Source of the DNA: an uncultured bacterium | GTDB taxonomy: Bacteria; Armatimonadota; UBA5829 | Direction of reading: 5' to 3' | NCBI GenBank assembly: GCA_938074205.1 | Contig: CALJES010000012.1 | Span: 342,840 to 406,839 of the forward strand | Length of the DNA: 64,000 bases | Part shown: piece by piece, positions 23,334-34,079 of the stretch | Layout of the letters: every line of letters starts with the position of its first letter | Numbering within the stretch: the first letter of the stretch is position 1 | Program-made: the position numbers and the translations under genes | The notes under the pieces: generated by a model | Told to the model about the DNA's origin: nothing | Database searches by the model: none | The model's input: the letters and a program-made list of their open reading frames with translations, nothing else

Positions 23334-24551
23334 ATGCCAGTGGAGAAACACCAAGAAGATACAGACCAGAAGATCGACCGCGATGCGGAACTCGCACGCG
23401 AGAAGCGGCGCTTGCAAACAGTGTTGGATACTGTTCCGTCGGGCATTATCGTTACTGAGGGGCCAGAGTTACGCGTAGCCTTTATGAATCGAAGGTCACA
23501 AGAGTTCTTTCGCGTAAGACCTGAGATTGGCGAACCCCTGCCTTCCTACCTTGCCAACAGCAAGCTGCTACACCCAGACGGAACGCCCTTTGCGGAGGAA
23601 GATCTGCCTATACACAGATCGCTACGGACTGGCGAGGTTGTTTGCGGTGAGGAAATGATAATAGAAACAGAGGATGGTCAGCGCAGTTACCTTTTGCTTG
23701 GCTCAGCGCCTCTGTATGATGAGCACGGCAGGATCTCCGGTGCAGTGGCCTCAACAGAGGACATTACTCCCCTTAGAAAGGCGGAAGAAGCGCTTCGACT
23801 TGCCTACGCCAGGGAGCGGCGTATCTCCGAAACCTTACAGCAAGCTCTACTTCCTGCATTGCCCGAGAGAATCGACGGTTTGCGGATAGCCAGCACTTAT
23901 ATTGCAGCAGTCGAAGAGGCACAGATAGGCGGAGACTTCTACGACGTATTCACGCCCGGGCCTGAGCTTGTCGGGTTGGTTATTGGCGACGTAGCTGGCA
24001 AGGGAGTGCAAGCAGCGGTCCATACAGCGCTCATCAGACAAGCTCTAAAGGCGTATGCATATCTCGACCCCTCGCCAGCATACGTAATGGAAAAGCTCAA
24101 CGATTTGGTACTCAAAGAGACTCCCTCGGAGTTTTTTGTTACCCTCTTCTACGGATTGCTGAACCTCAAGGATCATTCTCTTCACTACGCCAACGCTGGT
24201 CACGAATCTCCATTGTATGTTGATTCGGTTCGGCGGCAAGTTGTTGAAATTCCAAACACCGGTGTGCCATTGGGAATTATCCGGCTTGCCAAATGCGAAC
24301 AAAAAGTAATGCACCTCGAGTATGGTTCAAAGCTGGTGATGTACACCGATGGTGTTACAGAAGCGCGCTCGAATGGGGCACATTTTGGATTGGAGGGACT
24401 CAAGCAATACCTGTTGTTGCACGCGAGTGGTTTCCCGGATGAGCTCATAAATGGGTTAGTTGCACAAGTGCAAGAGTTTACTGGGCAGCACTTGAGAGAT
24501 GACATAGCCTTGTTGGTTGTTGAGTTGGAGCGTGAGGGCGAAGCGAGTTAA
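23334..24551 (+). CDS. PAS domain + SpoIIE/RsbU-type PP2C phosphatase
   Basis: GGDFYD, GDVAGKG, NAGH, YTDGVTE, DDIA. Confidence 0.92.
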   Translation: MPVEKHQEDTDQKIDRDAELAREKRRLQTVLDTVPSGIIVTEGPELRVAFMNRRSQEFFRVRPEIGEPLPSYLANSKLLHPDGTPFAEEDLPIHRSLRTGEVVCGEEMIIETEDGQRSYLLLGSAPLYDEHGRISGAVASTEDITPLRKAEEALRLAYARERRISETLQQALLPALPERIDGLRIASTYIAAVEEAQIGGDFYDVFTPGPELVGLVIGDVAGKGVQAAVHTALIRQALKAYAYLDPSPAYVMEKLNDLVLKETPSEFFVTLFYGLLNLKDHSLHYANAGHESPLYVDSVRRQVVEIPNTGVPLGIIRLAKCEQKVMHLEYGSKLVMYTDGVTEARSNGAHFGLEGLKQYLLLHASGFPDELINGLVAQVQEFTGQHLRDDIALLVVELEREGEAS

Positions 24552-24673
24552 AGCCATTGCAGGTTGTTGGGTTTACAGGAATAAAAGATTGGACTGTTGA
24601 GAAGAGGTAGTTTGTTTGAGCGACAGTTTGATGTTGACAACAAGATCTAAATTCGGGTAATTTAATAATGTGC

Positions 24674-24749
24674 TGCCGACTAGCTCAATTGGCAGAGCGT
24701 CTGACTCTGGATCAGAAGGTTCTAGGTTCGAGCCCTAGGTCGGCAGCCA
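24674..24749 (+). tRNA. tRNA-Gln(CTG)
   Basis: Acceptor stem TGCCGAC/GTCGGCA, anticodon arm TCTGA-CTCTGGA-TCAGA, GTTCGA T-loop, encoded CCA. TTGACA at 24634 upstream. Confidence 0.97.
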
Positions 24750-24843
24750 TTTGTATGTACGCTCAAAACCATTATCCGAATAAGCTGAATAGGTAACGCG
24801 TGGGTAGATCTTAATCCAACCCTGGACAGCCGACGGACGAAAT

Positions 24844-24872
24844 TTGACAGTGCTATGTCTCAACCGTATAAT
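24844..24872 (+). promoter_or_regulatory. Consensus sigma70 promoter
   Basis: TTGACA-17 bp-TATAAT upstream of the OMP-radA genes. Confidence 0.85.
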
Positions 24873-24905
24873 CGTCTCGCCAAGCTCACTTTCTGGAGGA
24901 GACAA

Positions 24906-25487
24906 ATGAAACACAGTGCACTCATCTGTGCTACCGCAGTATTATTGATGCTCTTGCCATCTTTTGCTAATGCGCAATTCAGATCGCCAGATACCAGCCC
25001 TCTTGGATTCAATATATCTTGGTATGTACCTTCTGACAGCGACCTAAAAGACATCCGAAGCGGTTGGCTTGGAGCAACCATTCAGTATAACTTCCGGCGA
25101 GACCAATTAGGACGTCCGACAGCAGTTGCTGAGATCGAGTGGCTTTCGGCGGACACGTCAACTGGCAAGGCCAATTTGCTGCCCGTAAGGGTATCAACCA
25201 TCAAGCGGTTCGGTGATGAGGAAAAGTGCTGGTTCGTTACCGCTGGTATCGGTGTTTACGCATTAAGACACAAGTACTGGGGCTACAACCCGGGAACCAA
25301 TACCTACGGTTGGAATTCTGACGGCGGTGAAAAGCTGGGCTATGTGGTCAGTGTTGGTCGCGAGTTAGGCAACGGACTCTATGTTGAACTCACACATCAG
25401 GGGATTGCAAAGCTGAGTCGGGAAGTTGGCGGAAAAACTGATTTCAGCGGTTGGACGATACGGTTTGGAACTCGCTTGGCTTACTAG
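24906..25487 (+). CDS. Putative small outer-membrane beta-barrel protein
   Basis: Signal peptide (..SFANA|Q), alternating beta-strands, C-terminal aromatic residue. GGAGG SD supports ATG 24906. Confidence 0.7.
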   Translation: MKHSALICATAVLLMLLPSFANAQFRSPDTSPLGFNISWYVPSDSDLKDIRSGWLGATIQYNFRRDQLGRPTAVAEIEWLSADTSTGKANLLPVRVSTIKRFGDEEKCWFVTAGIGVYALRHKYWGYNPGTNTYGWNSDGGEKLGYVVSVGRELGNGLYVELTHQGIAKLSREVGGKTDFSGWTIRFGTRLAY

Positions 25488-26857
25488 TGGCGAAGACAAG
25501 AACAAGATATGTATGCCAGTCCTGCGGATATGAATCTCCGAAGTGGGTAGGACGCTGTCCTGACTGTGACGAGTGGGCTACCCTCATTGAAGAAACCGTC
25601 GAGGAAACCTCTCCTAATAAGCGTTCAGCTGTTCCCAGCACAGCAGCGGTCGCCGTTCCGATAAACGAGCTCAGCGCCGCAGGTGCACAAAGGGTCAGCT
25701 GTGGGCTTTCTGAGTTCGACCGAGTTCTCGGAGGCGGTGTTGTCGACGGGTCTCTGGTGCTTATCGGTGGTGATCCGGGCATCGGGAAATCTACAATACT
25801 GATGCAAGTTGCCAACAACCTTAGCACTAGCGCAGGGCGGGTACTGTACGTTTCGGGAGAAGAGTCAGCAGAACAAATTAAGCTTCGCGGAAATCGCATC
25901 GGCGTAGAATCACCCGAGCTTTATGTTGTGACCGAGACGAACATCGATGCAGTGCAAGACTGTATCGAGAGGCTTGCGCCAAGCTACGTGGTGATCGACT
26001 CCATTCAAACAATGTATGATCCCGGCATCTCATCCGCACCTGGAACTGTCAGCCAGGTGAGAAGCTGTACAGGCGCATTCGCTAATCTAGCCAAGGGAAA
26101 AGGGATATCGGTTTTCATAGTGGGTCATGTCACGAAGGAAGGCTCGCTGGCTGGCCCGCGGGTGCTGGAACACATGGTTGACACAGTCCTATATTTTGAA
26201 GGCGACAGGCATCAGACTTATCGGGTGTTACGCGCAGTTAAGAACAGATTCGGCTCGACCGACGAAGTCGGCGTCTTCGAAATGCGGGAGTCCGGCCTTG
26301 AAGAGGTGCCGAATCCCTCTGAGGCCTTTCTAGCTGAACGCCCTGTGCACGGCGTAGGATCAGTGGTTACGTCGACCATGGAGGGTTCTCGTCCTCTCCT
26401 GGTAGAGATTCAGGCTCTTGTCGCGCCATCATTTTATGCAAGTCCTCGGCGCATGGCTACAGGAGTAGACTACAACAAAATGTTAATGATAATCGCTGTA
26501 TTGGAAAAACGGGTTGGGCTACCGCTCGGAAACAAGGATGTATACGTAAACGTGGCAGGGGGCGTGCGAGTTATAGAACCTGCTGCTGACCTGGCTATCG
26601 CAGTTTCGATTGCTTCCAGCCTTATGGACAGACCAGTCGATCCGAATACTATCGCGCTGGGCGAAATAGGACTGGCAGGTGAAATCCGCTCAGTGGGGAG
26701 ACTCGATGCTCGCTTGAGAGAAGCTGCTCGGCTGGGCTTTGCTCGTGCTGTTGTTGCCTTACGAAGTGATCGAGGCCTAAGAAGGGACTACTCAATTAGA
26801 GCTGTGGGTGTTCCAAACTTGAAAGAAGCGATAGACGCAGCGCTGGAGTCAGCGTAG
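25487..26857 (+). CDS. radA: DNA repair protein RadA/Sms
   Basis: C4 zinc finger, GDPGIGKST, KNRFG. GTG start overlaps the upstream stop. Confidence 0.97.
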   Translation: MAKTRTRYVCQSCGYESPKWVGRCPDCDEWATLIEETVEETSPNKRSAVPSTAAVAVPINELSAAGAQRVSCGLSEFDRVLGGGVVDGSLVLIGGDPGIGKSTILMQVANNLSTSAGRVLYVSGEESAEQIKLRGNRIGVESPELYVVTETNIDAVQDCIERLAPSYVVIDSIQTMYDPGISSAPGTVSQVRSCTGAFANLAKGKGISVFIVGHVTKEGSLAGPRVLEHMVDTVLYFEGDRHQTYRVLRAVKNRFGSTDEVGVFEMRESGLEEVPNPSEAFLAERPVHGVGSVVTSTMEGSRPLLVEIQALVAPSFYASPRRMATGVDYNKMLMIIAVLEKRVGLPLGNKDVYVNVAGGVRVIEPAADLAIAVSIASSLMDRPVDPNTIALGEIGLAGEIRSVGRLDARLREAARLGFARAVVALRSDRGLRRDYSIRAVGVPNLKEAIDAALESA

Positions 26858-26923
26858 CTACTGAACCCGTTCATCATCCGTCCGACGAGAAGCACAACAA
26901 GACCTAAGAAGTACTTCAAAACG

Positions 26924-27826
26924 ATGAGTGAAGACCTAATCAAAAAGATAAGAGAGCTAAAGAAAAAACGCGAAGCCATAATACTTGCCCACAACTATCA
27001 GCTGCCTGAAGTGCAAGAAATCGCCGATATCACGGGAGATTCACTTGAGCTTTCGCGTGCAGCGGCTCGAACAGAAGCCAAGGTAATAGTTTTCTGCGGC
27101 GTCCATTTTATGGCGGAAACCGCAAAGGTGCTGAGCTCTGCAAAGACCGTTCTGCTGCCTGACGAACAAGCAGGTTGTCCTATGGCGGATATGATCACAC
27201 GGGAACAGCTTCTGGAATTCAAGTCCGCTCATCCGGGAATTCCTGTCGTTGCCTATGTGAATACCTCGGCGGAAGTCAAAGCTGAAAGCGATATCTGCTG
27301 CACTTCTGCAAATGCCGTGCGCGTGGTGGAATCTCTGGAATCCAGAGAAATACTGTTCGTGCCGGACAAGTCGCTCGCCGCCTATGTGGCTTCAAAGACG
27401 AGTAAGACGATAATACCCTACTGCGGGTATTGTCCTACCCACCACCGAATACTTGCCAGCGACGTTCTTCGAGCAAAGAGGGAACATCCCGAAGCATTGG
27501 TAATTGCGCATCCTGAGTGCACTATGGATGTTATTTCCCTTGCCGACGCTGTGGAAAGCACGTCGGGCATGCTGAGATTTGTGGCTGCAAGCCAGGCGAA
27601 AGAGTTCATAATCTGCACCGAGAGAGGACTGCTCTACAGACTCAAAAAGGAAAATCCGAACAAGGTCTTCTACAATCCGAGTCCGGTGAACGTGTGTCCC
27701 AATATGAAAAAGATAAACCTGGAGAAGATCCTTTGGAGTTTGGAGGATATGCAGCCTGCGATCGAATTACCAGAAGACGTGATCACTCGTGCTCGCTGCG
27801 CTATAGAAAGGATGATAGCGCTATGA
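26924..27826 (+). CDS. nadA: Quinolinate synthase
   Basis: LAHNYQ, FCGVHFMAETAK, AGCPMAD, AHPEC, CPNMKK. Confidence 0.97.
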   Translation: MSEDLIKKIRELKKKREAIILAHNYQLPEVQEIADITGDSLELSRAAARTEAKVIVFCGVHFMAETAKVLSSAKTVLLPDEQAGCPMADMITREQLLEFKSAHPGIPVVAYVNTSAEVKAESDICCTSANAVRVVESLESREILFVPDKSLAAYVASKTSKTIIPYCGYCPTHHRILASDVLRAKREHPEALVIAHPECTMDVISLADAVESTSGMLRFVAASQAKEFIICTERGLLYRLKKENPNKVFYNPSPVNVCPNMKKINLEKILWSLEDMQPAIELPEDVITRARCAIERMIAL

Positions 27827-28659
27827 CGCGGTTGGAGCTGCTTGCGGTGGAACCAATAGTAAGGCGAGCTCTTGAAGAGGATTTGGGTAATGGGGACATA
27901 ACCACTGCTCTGACTGTCCCCAGATCAGCTCGTGCGGATGCTAGGATTGTGTCCAAGGCCGCGGGCGTACTTGCAGGAATCGACGTTGCACGCATGGTGT
28001 TCACAATGCTCGACTCGCGCCTGACATTTGAGCCGCATCTTGAGGACGGCGCAAGATTTGAGCGGGGCACGGTTATCGCCAATGTGGTTGGCAACGCTGC
28101 TGAGATTCTCAGCGGAGAAAGGGTGGCGCTGAATTTCCTACAGCGTATGTGCGGAATAGCGACGCTAACATCCGAGTATGTAGCCCGGGTTTCTCACACG
28201 AAAGCGAAAATTATTGATACTAGAAAAACGGTGCCAGGTTTGCGCTGTCTCGACAAGTACTCAGTCAGAGTCGGGGGCGGATATAACCACAGGTGTGGGT
28301 TGTATGACGGAATACTCATCAAAGACAACCATATTACCGTTGCGGGAGGCATTGCGTCTGCCGTGCGTGCGGCAAAGAGCAAAGCGCCCCACACGTTGTT
28401 GGTTGAGGTAGAAGTCAGGAACCTTGACGAGCTCAAAGAAGCGATTGAGTCGGGAGCCGACTCCGTATTGCTCGATAATATGAGCATTGAAATGTTGAGC
28501 AAGGCGGTGCAATTAGCTGACGGAAGGGTCATTCTGGAAGCTTCCGGAGGAATAACTTTGGAAAACGTTGCGGCGATTGCTGAAACAGGGGTCGATCTTA
28601 TATCAGTGGGTGCGTTGACTCACAGCGCTCCCGCCATTGACATCAGCATGGAGTTTTGA
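27823..28659 (+). CDS. nadC: Nicotinate-nucleotide diphosphorylase (carboxylating)
   Basis: DTRKT.PG, IKDNH, LLDNM, EASGG, SVGALTHSA. ATGA overlap with nadA. Confidence 0.97.
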   Translation: MTRLELLAVEPIVRRALEEDLGNGDITTALTVPRSARADARIVSKAAGVLAGIDVARMVFTMLDSRLTFEPHLEDGARFERGTVIANVVGNAAEILSGERVALNFLQRMCGIATLTSEYVARVSHTKAKIIDTRKTVPGLRCLDKYSVRVGGGYNHRCGLYDGILIKDNHITVAGGIASAVRAAKSKAPHTLLVEVEVRNLDELKEAIESGADSVLLDNMSIEMLSKAVQLADGRVILEASGGITLENVAAIAETGVDLISVGALTHSAPAIDISMEF

Positions 28660-29420
28660 GGCGTTTTCAGTGGCCCACCATGCTAAGGCCTGTATTTGTA
28701 TATTTCGAAGTAGTGAGCTCCACTAACGATGTAGGGCTAGAGCTGGCCAAAACCGGGGCTGCGGAGGGCACAGTTGTTGTGGCGCACAGTCAATACGCCG
28801 GTCGGGGAAGACGAGGTCGTGTTTGGTTGGACGAGCCGGGTTCGTCTGTGTTGATGAGCGCAATATTGCGCCCACGATTGCCCTCGGAAAGATTACACGA
28901 ACTTTCATTTGTTGCGTCCCTCGCCGTTGCGGAAAGCCTCAGAGAACAGTTTGGATTACAGTGCGCGCTCAAATGGCCGAATGACGTGCTGGTAGGCTCG
29001 CGCAAAATATGCGGTATTCTCGTAGAAACGACTGGAGCATCTTCCGAGGCGGCAGCCGTGGTCGGAATAGGCGTCAATGTTAACCAGACTGAGTTTCCGA
29101 GTGAAATCGCGGAAGAAGCGACGTCCATTGCACTGGAAACTGGCTCAAGGCAGGATGTCCGAGCTGCAGCGGAGAAAATGGGCATAGCGCTCTTGAATTG
29201 GTATGATGCTTACCGCTTAAGAGGATTCAAAGAGATTCTCGATCGCTGGCGAACATATATGTGTGGTGTGGGCACCCGTGCGGAAATGATGGTTAGTAAG
29301 AAACGGATAGTCGGTGAGATCCTGGGAGTAGATGAGCATGGTAGGCTGAACTTGCTGGATAATGCTGGCAGAATTCACAGTATCCCTTGGGCAGACTACT
29401 TTTCGTTTCGACCGTTGTAA
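28656..29420 (+). CDS. birA: Biotin--acetyl-CoA-carboxylase ligase (no HTH)
   Basis: STND, Q.AGRGRRGR.W, LKWPND, KICGIL. Confidence 0.93.
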   Translation: MRRFQWPTMLRPVFVYFEVVSSTNDVGLELAKTGAAEGTVVVAHSQYAGRGRRGRVWLDEPGSSVLMSAILRPRLPSERLHELSFVASLAVAESLREQFGLQCALKWPNDVLVGSRKICGILVETTGASSEAAAVVGIGVNVNQTEFPSEIAEEATSIALETGSRQDVRAAAEKMGIALLNWYDAYRLRGFKEILDRWRTYMCGVGTRAEMMVSKKRIVGEILGVDEHGRLNLLDNAGRIHSIPWADYFSFRPL

Positions 29421-29440
29421 ACTATACGACTTGGAGGTAG

Positions 29441-30682
29441 TTGATGAATAAGGCGAAAGCTATTCTGTTGGTGGCAGACGGCCTCGGAGATAGGCCTATC
29501 AAGTCTTTGGGCAACAAGACTCCCCTGGAGGCAGCAAATAAACCGAACCTGGACAAGCTGGCAAAAGAGGGTGAATGCGGCTTGATGGATCCTATCGCTC
29601 CGGGCGTAAGAGCAGGAAGTGATACTTCGCATCTTGCGATACTGGGTTATGACCCATACAAGTACTACACCGGACGAGGGCCATTCGAGGCTGCCGGTAT
29701 AGGCATGGACGTCAAGCAGGGCGATGTGGCGTTCAGATGTAACTTCTCGACAGTCGACGAGAATATGGTGGTAGTGGATCGACGTGCCGGGCGCATAACC
29801 AGCGGGACCGAGCAGCTTGCGTCAGCGGTTAATGGCTTGGACCTTGACGGCATTCAAGCCATATTTAAGGAATCAGTGGCCCATCGCGGTGCTTTGATCC
29901 TGCGGGGTGCGAACTTGTCCGCCAACATTACGGACACCGACCCACACCACGAAGGCGAGAAAGTCCTGACTTGCGAGCCGCTTGACCCTAGCGACGAAAA
30001 CGCGGTGCGAACGGCAAGAGCAGTAAACGAGTTTGTTCGTCGTTCGTATGAGATACTCAAGGATCACCCGGTAAATAAAGAGCGGGTTGCTCAGGGTTTG
30101 AAGCCAGCTAACATTATCCTGCCGCGTGGTGGCGGGATAGGGCCCTCTATTGAGTCTTTCGAAAAGGAGTATGGGCTGAAAGCAGCTTGTGTTGCAGAAA
30201 CAGGATTGATCAACGGCGTTGCGCGGTATGTGAGGATGGACATTACCGAAGTGCCCGGCGCAACAGGAGGCCCGGATTCGAACCTTTTGAACATGGCACA
30301 GGCCGTGATTGAGCAACTCAAAACGCACGACTTTGTATTGTGCAATGTGAAGGGTGCAGACGTCGGTGGCCATGATAACGCACCGCAGGTTAAGCTTGAT
30401 ATGATAGCAAAGCTTGATGAGATGGTAGGATTCATTATGTCGCATCTTCCCGAAAACACCTACGTGATTTTGACGGCTGACCATTCAACTCCGTGTGCCG
30501 TGAAGGACCATTCTGGGGATCCCGTACCAATTGTCTTCTGGGGAGAAGGCGTTCGCGTGGACAGGTGCGAGTGCTATGATGAGAGGTCAGTAACCGCGGG
30601 GGGTCTGGGGCGAATTCGCGGAATTGACATAATGAAAATACTCACGCAACTTATGGGTGTGCAGGAGAAGTTTGGGGCCTAG
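29441..30682 (+). CDS. apgM: 2,3-bisphosphoglycerate-independent phosphoglycerate mutase, archaeal type
   Basis: [40 protein letters not shown]. Confidence 0.93.
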   Translation: MMNKAKAILLVADGLGDRPIKSLGNKTPLEAANKPNLDKLAKEGECGLMDPIAPGVRAGSDTSHLAILGYDPYKYYTGRGPFEAAGIGMDVKQGDVAFRCNFSTVDENMVVVDRRAGRITSGTEQLASAVNGLDLDGIQAIFKESVAHRGALILRGANLSANITDTDPHHEGEKVLTCEPLDPSDENAVRTARAVNEFVRRSYEILKDHPVNKERVAQGLKPANIILPRGGGIGPSIESFEKEYGLKAACVAETGLINGVARYVRMDITEVPGATGGPDSNLLNMAQAVIEQLKTHDFVLCNVKGADVGGHDNAPQVKLDMIAKLDEMVGFIMSHLPENTYVILTADHSTPCAVKDHSGDPVPIVFWGEGVRVDRCECYDERSVTAGGLGRIRGIDIMKILTQLMGVQEKFGA

Positions 30683-30724
30683 GCGCAGGTTGCCCCGAAG
30701 TTCGAGGTTGGAGGCGCTACGTGT

Positions 30725-32221
30725 ATGGCTAAGGACTCGAAGTTTTTGGCTATCGATCTTGGTGCGGAAAGCGGACGGGCGCTTTTGGGCATCATCAAGA
30801 ACAACAAGTTGGAACTGCGCGAGGTGCACAGGTTCCCCAATGGACCTGTCAATGTGCTTGGACACCTGCATTGGGATGTGCTTAAGCAGTTTTCCGACAT
30901 CAAGGAGAGCATTAGACTAGCGCTCCGCGAGGCTGACGGAGCCATCGACGGAATCGGTGTAGATACCTGGGGTGTGGACTTCGGTCTTTTGGGAGAAGAC
31001 GGCGAGCTTTTGATGCTGCCATACCATTACCGAGATAGTCGAACCAACGGAATGATGGAAAAGGCTTTCGAAAGGGTGCCTCGTCGCCAGATATTCGAGC
31101 GCACTGGAATTCAGTTTATGCAGCTAAACACCATATTCCAACTCTACGCTATGGTAGACAGCGGCTCTCCCGCACTGAAGAGCGCCTCAACCTTGCTTAT
31201 GATGCCAGATCTGTTCAATTACTGGCTCACGGGTGAGAAACTCAGCGAGTTCACAATTGCCACTACGTCCATGCTGTATGATCCAAGATCTGACGGCTGG
31301 GCGACAGACCTTGCTGAGTCACTAGGGATCCCACCTCGAATCTTCCCACTCATTATTCAGCCCGGAACAGTTATAGGCCACCTCCATGAGAGTATCACCT
31401 CGGAGCTGGGGTCAGGAGAAGGAGTTCCTGTGGTCGCACCAGCAACCCACGACACAGGCAGCGCTGTTGCAGCGGTTCCGGCTATGGGTGAAGGACACGC
31501 TTATCTGAGTTCTGGCACATGGTCACTGATGGGTGTGGAACTGCGCGAACCGTTAATCAACGAAGCGTCTTATGAAAGAAACTACACGAATGAGGGTGGC
31601 GTTTGCGGTATGTTCCGCTTCCTCAAGAACATAATGGGCCTGTGGATCGTTCAGGAATGTCGCAGAGCATGGGTTGCAAGTGGAGAAGAGTTCACATATG
31701 CTGATTTGACTGAGATGGCTGCTGAGTCTCCAGCATTCAGGTCCATTATCAATCCAGATGACCCACTTTTCTTGCCTCCAGGCGACATGCCTCAACGTGT
31801 GCAACATTTCTGCAAAGTAACCAGCCAACCAATCCCCGAAACGAAGGGCGAAATAGTACGCTGTATACTTGACAGTTTGTCTTTGCGGTATCGAGCGACT
31901 GTCGAAGACCTTGATGAAATGTTGGGCCGCAGACACGAGCCTATCCATATAGTCGGTGGCGGAACACAGAACAAGCTTCTGTCACAGTTAACAGCAGACG
32001 TCACAGGCCGAAAGGTTATAGCTGGACCAGTGGAGGCAACAGCGACAGGAAACGTGCTCGTTCAAGCAATGGGCAGAGGATTTGTCGAGTCACTTGAGGA
32101 AGTTCGGCAGATCGTACGCAACTCGTTCGAACTTGAAACCTACGAGCCAAGAGAAGCGCCAGGCATCGATGAAGCATATACCAGATTCAAGCAGATAGCG
32201 TCTCAGCCATTGGTAAGCTAA
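30725..32221 (+). CDS. rhaB: Rhamnulokinase-family FGGY sugar kinase
   Basis: DLGAESGR, GVDTWGVDF, HDTGSAV, SSGTWSL, GPVEATA.GN. Confidence 0.85.
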   Translation: MAKDSKFLAIDLGAESGRALLGIIKNNKLELREVHRFPNGPVNVLGHLHWDVLKQFSDIKESIRLALREADGAIDGIGVDTWGVDFGLLGEDGELLMLPYHYRDSRTNGMMEKAFERVPRRQIFERTGIQFMQLNTIFQLYAMVDSGSPALKSASTLLMMPDLFNYWLTGEKLSEFTIATTSMLYDPRSDGWATDLAESLGIPPRIFPLIIQPGTVIGHLHESITSELGSGEGVPVVAPATHDTGSAVAAVPAMGEGHAYLSSGTWSLMGVELREPLINEASYERNYTNEGGVCGMFRFLKNIMGLWIVQECRRAWVASGEEFTYADLTEMAAESPAFRSIINPDDPLFLPPGDMPQRVQHFCKVTSQPIPETKGEIVRCILDSLSLRYRATVEDLDEMLGRRHEPIHIVGGGTQNKLLSQLTADVTGRKVIAGPVEATATGNVLVQAMGRGFVESLEEVRQIVRNSFELETYEPREAPGIDEAYTRFKQIASQPLVS

Positions 32222-32236
32222 AGGGCGCAGGGTCTG

Positions 32237-33448
32237 TTATAAGTTATTGCGGCGACGATATTTCCGCAGGCCGACGATCTGGATCAGAGCACCGGACACG
32301 ATCATCACAGCGCTCAGGGCAAAAATCGCTCGTGGGGAGAGAAGTCCAGACTGTTGCAGCGCCGCTCCGAGAAAAGGCGCGACGACACCTCTGAATCCCA
32401 TAAGGCTAAGGAATAAGCCTTGGTAGCTCGTTACACGATCTTCGGGAGCAAAATACAGCACACCGCTGAAATACGATAGCTCCAGACCCGCATTTGCTAT
32501 GCCGGCTATGATCATCGCGGGAAGCAGCATCCACGGCTGCGTGGCAAAACAGTAGATAACAGGCACCATGGCGAACATCAGCGTCTGAACAGCAACTGCA
32601 ACTTGGGGACTTCTCCTGTCAGTGTACGGGCCCCAGTATGCATAGGCGAATGTCATAGTTAGCGCGGCGATAATTGAGTAGATACCTGCCCAAGTCGTAT
32701 CGACCCCTATTTCTACCTGATACACAGTATATATCGGCGTCGCTAAAAAGTTGGCAAACCCAAAGACGAATATCCCCGCACAAAACCAAGCAAATCCAAG
32801 GTCATCACGCAGAATCATCAAGCCGCTGCCAACAAATTGATGGAGCGGAACGTCGGCATTGCCCTCCGCTTTCGTGGTCTTGATGCGACCGAATACAAGT
32901 GCGGATGCTACTCCGAACAAGGCAGCGGCCGGAAACACAAACCGATAGTTGTAACCTTTCACTAGGGGAGCTGCTAGGGCAGTTACGACCACATATGCGG
33001 CAATTGTGCAAACCCGAGCATATCCCATTATCTTGGAGCGATCGTTGTCCGGATATACCTCCTTCATAACTGCGGAATATGCCGGCTGTGCAACCGAGGC
33101 AATGAAAGAGGTAATCGCGAAGATTCCCACAAACAGCCATGACCGTGTGGCCGCTACACATAAGACCAAAAGCGCCCGCGCAATTACCCAGGACCAGACT
33201 GCAAATGGCATCTTTGGCCGGCCTTCCATGATGTTCGCCCAGACCAGCGACAAAAGATAGCCGGCCATGGGAGCTACCGAAAGCAAACTGATTTCAAGAG
33301 CCGAAGCGTGTAGGGTTTTACGAGCGATTACCGCTACAAATGGAGCTGTGAGCCCCGACATAACAGCTCCCAGAATCCCAGCTACAGCATCGCACTTGTA
33401 GGCAGATCGAGCATCAGGAGGCACAGAATTGGCAAAAGGAACCCACAT
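32237..33448 (-). CDS. MFS transporter
   Basis: About 12 TMs with an MFS-like loop pattern. Confidence 0.8.
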   Translation of the reverse strand: MWVPFANSVPPDARSAYKCDAVAGILGAVMSGLTAPFVAVIARKTLHASALEISLLSVAPMAGYLLSLVWANIMEGRPKMPFAVWSWVIARALLVLCVAATRSWLFVGIFAITSFIASVAQPAYSAVMKEVYPDNDRSKIMGYARVCTIAAYVVVTALAAPLVKGYNYRFVFPAAALFGVASALVFGRIKTTKAEGNADVPLHQFVGSGLMILRDDLGFAWFCAGIFVFGFANFLATPIYTVYQVEIGVDTTWAGIYSIIAALTMTFAYAYWGPYTDRRSPQVAVAVQTLMFAMVPVIYCFATQPWMLLPAMIIAGIANAGLELSYFSGVLYFAPEDRVTSYQGLFLSLMGFRGVVAPFLGAALQQSGLLSPRAIFALSAVMIVSGALIQIVGLRKYRRRNNL

Positions 33449-33638
33449 ATTCGCACATTAGATGTGTCTTAGTATTCTGCGAAAGGGTATAATTTCTCCA
33501 GTCAGAAGACCCACTACGCTGACGGAGGCGACGCCCTAGAGGTTGAGTTATTGACCAGTGTCTTTCGTTCCTGCGTTGGAGTCGGGTCGGGTTATTGGCT
33601 AATGATATCACCAAAAGACAATCACAGGGGGAATTCAG

Positions 33639-34079
33639 ATGAGAAAAGTGACAAGATCAAAGCTTTTCGCAACTGGTTTGGCAGCTGCCTTGTTTGCGGC
33701 AAGTATGGCCAGCTTCGCGGGTTTGCCGGGCGACATACTGAAAGCCGGTGGAATTGCCTTTGTCGTGGACAAATTCGGTGACCAGATCAACAACTTCATC
33801 AACAAGCTGACAGCCAACAAGAACGTCGGCACTACCGAAGCGACAGCAGTTGTTCCCATACTTAGTTTGGGCAGTGGGGCGCATATTGGGGCTGCCCAAG
33901 TGATAGGGGCAAAGGAAAACGTCGAAAAGTGCAAAGCCGTTGTGCAGATTGAGGCCAACACGGTGATAGGCAGAAATCTCAGGGTGAGAGCACTTGTTCC
34001 AGTTGGTAGCAAGACAACGAGCAATATCAAGCGCATATACGGCGTCGGTGTAAGCGCGATAATCGATATCAAGATATAG
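33639..34079 (+). CDS. Conserved exported hypothetical protein
   Basis: Signal peptide (..MASFA), beta-rich body ending GVGVSAIIDIKI. Confidence 0.75.
   Translation: MRKVTRSKLFATGLAAALFAASMASFAGLPGDILKAGGIAFVVDKFGDQINNFINKLTANKNVGTTEATAVVPILSLGSGAHIGAAQVIGAKENVEKCKAVVQIEANTVIGRNLRVRALVPVGSKTTSNIKRIYGVGVSAIIDIKI

Noticed and set aside
26858..26923. NAD+ riboswitch upstream of nadA
   Set aside because: The 66-nt spacer has no convincing stem and does not match the NAD+-I motif as I recall it.
27517..27822. N-terminal extension of nadC in the ORF track
   Set aside because: Overlaps nadA out of frame; the ATGA-coupled start at 27823 gives a normal length.
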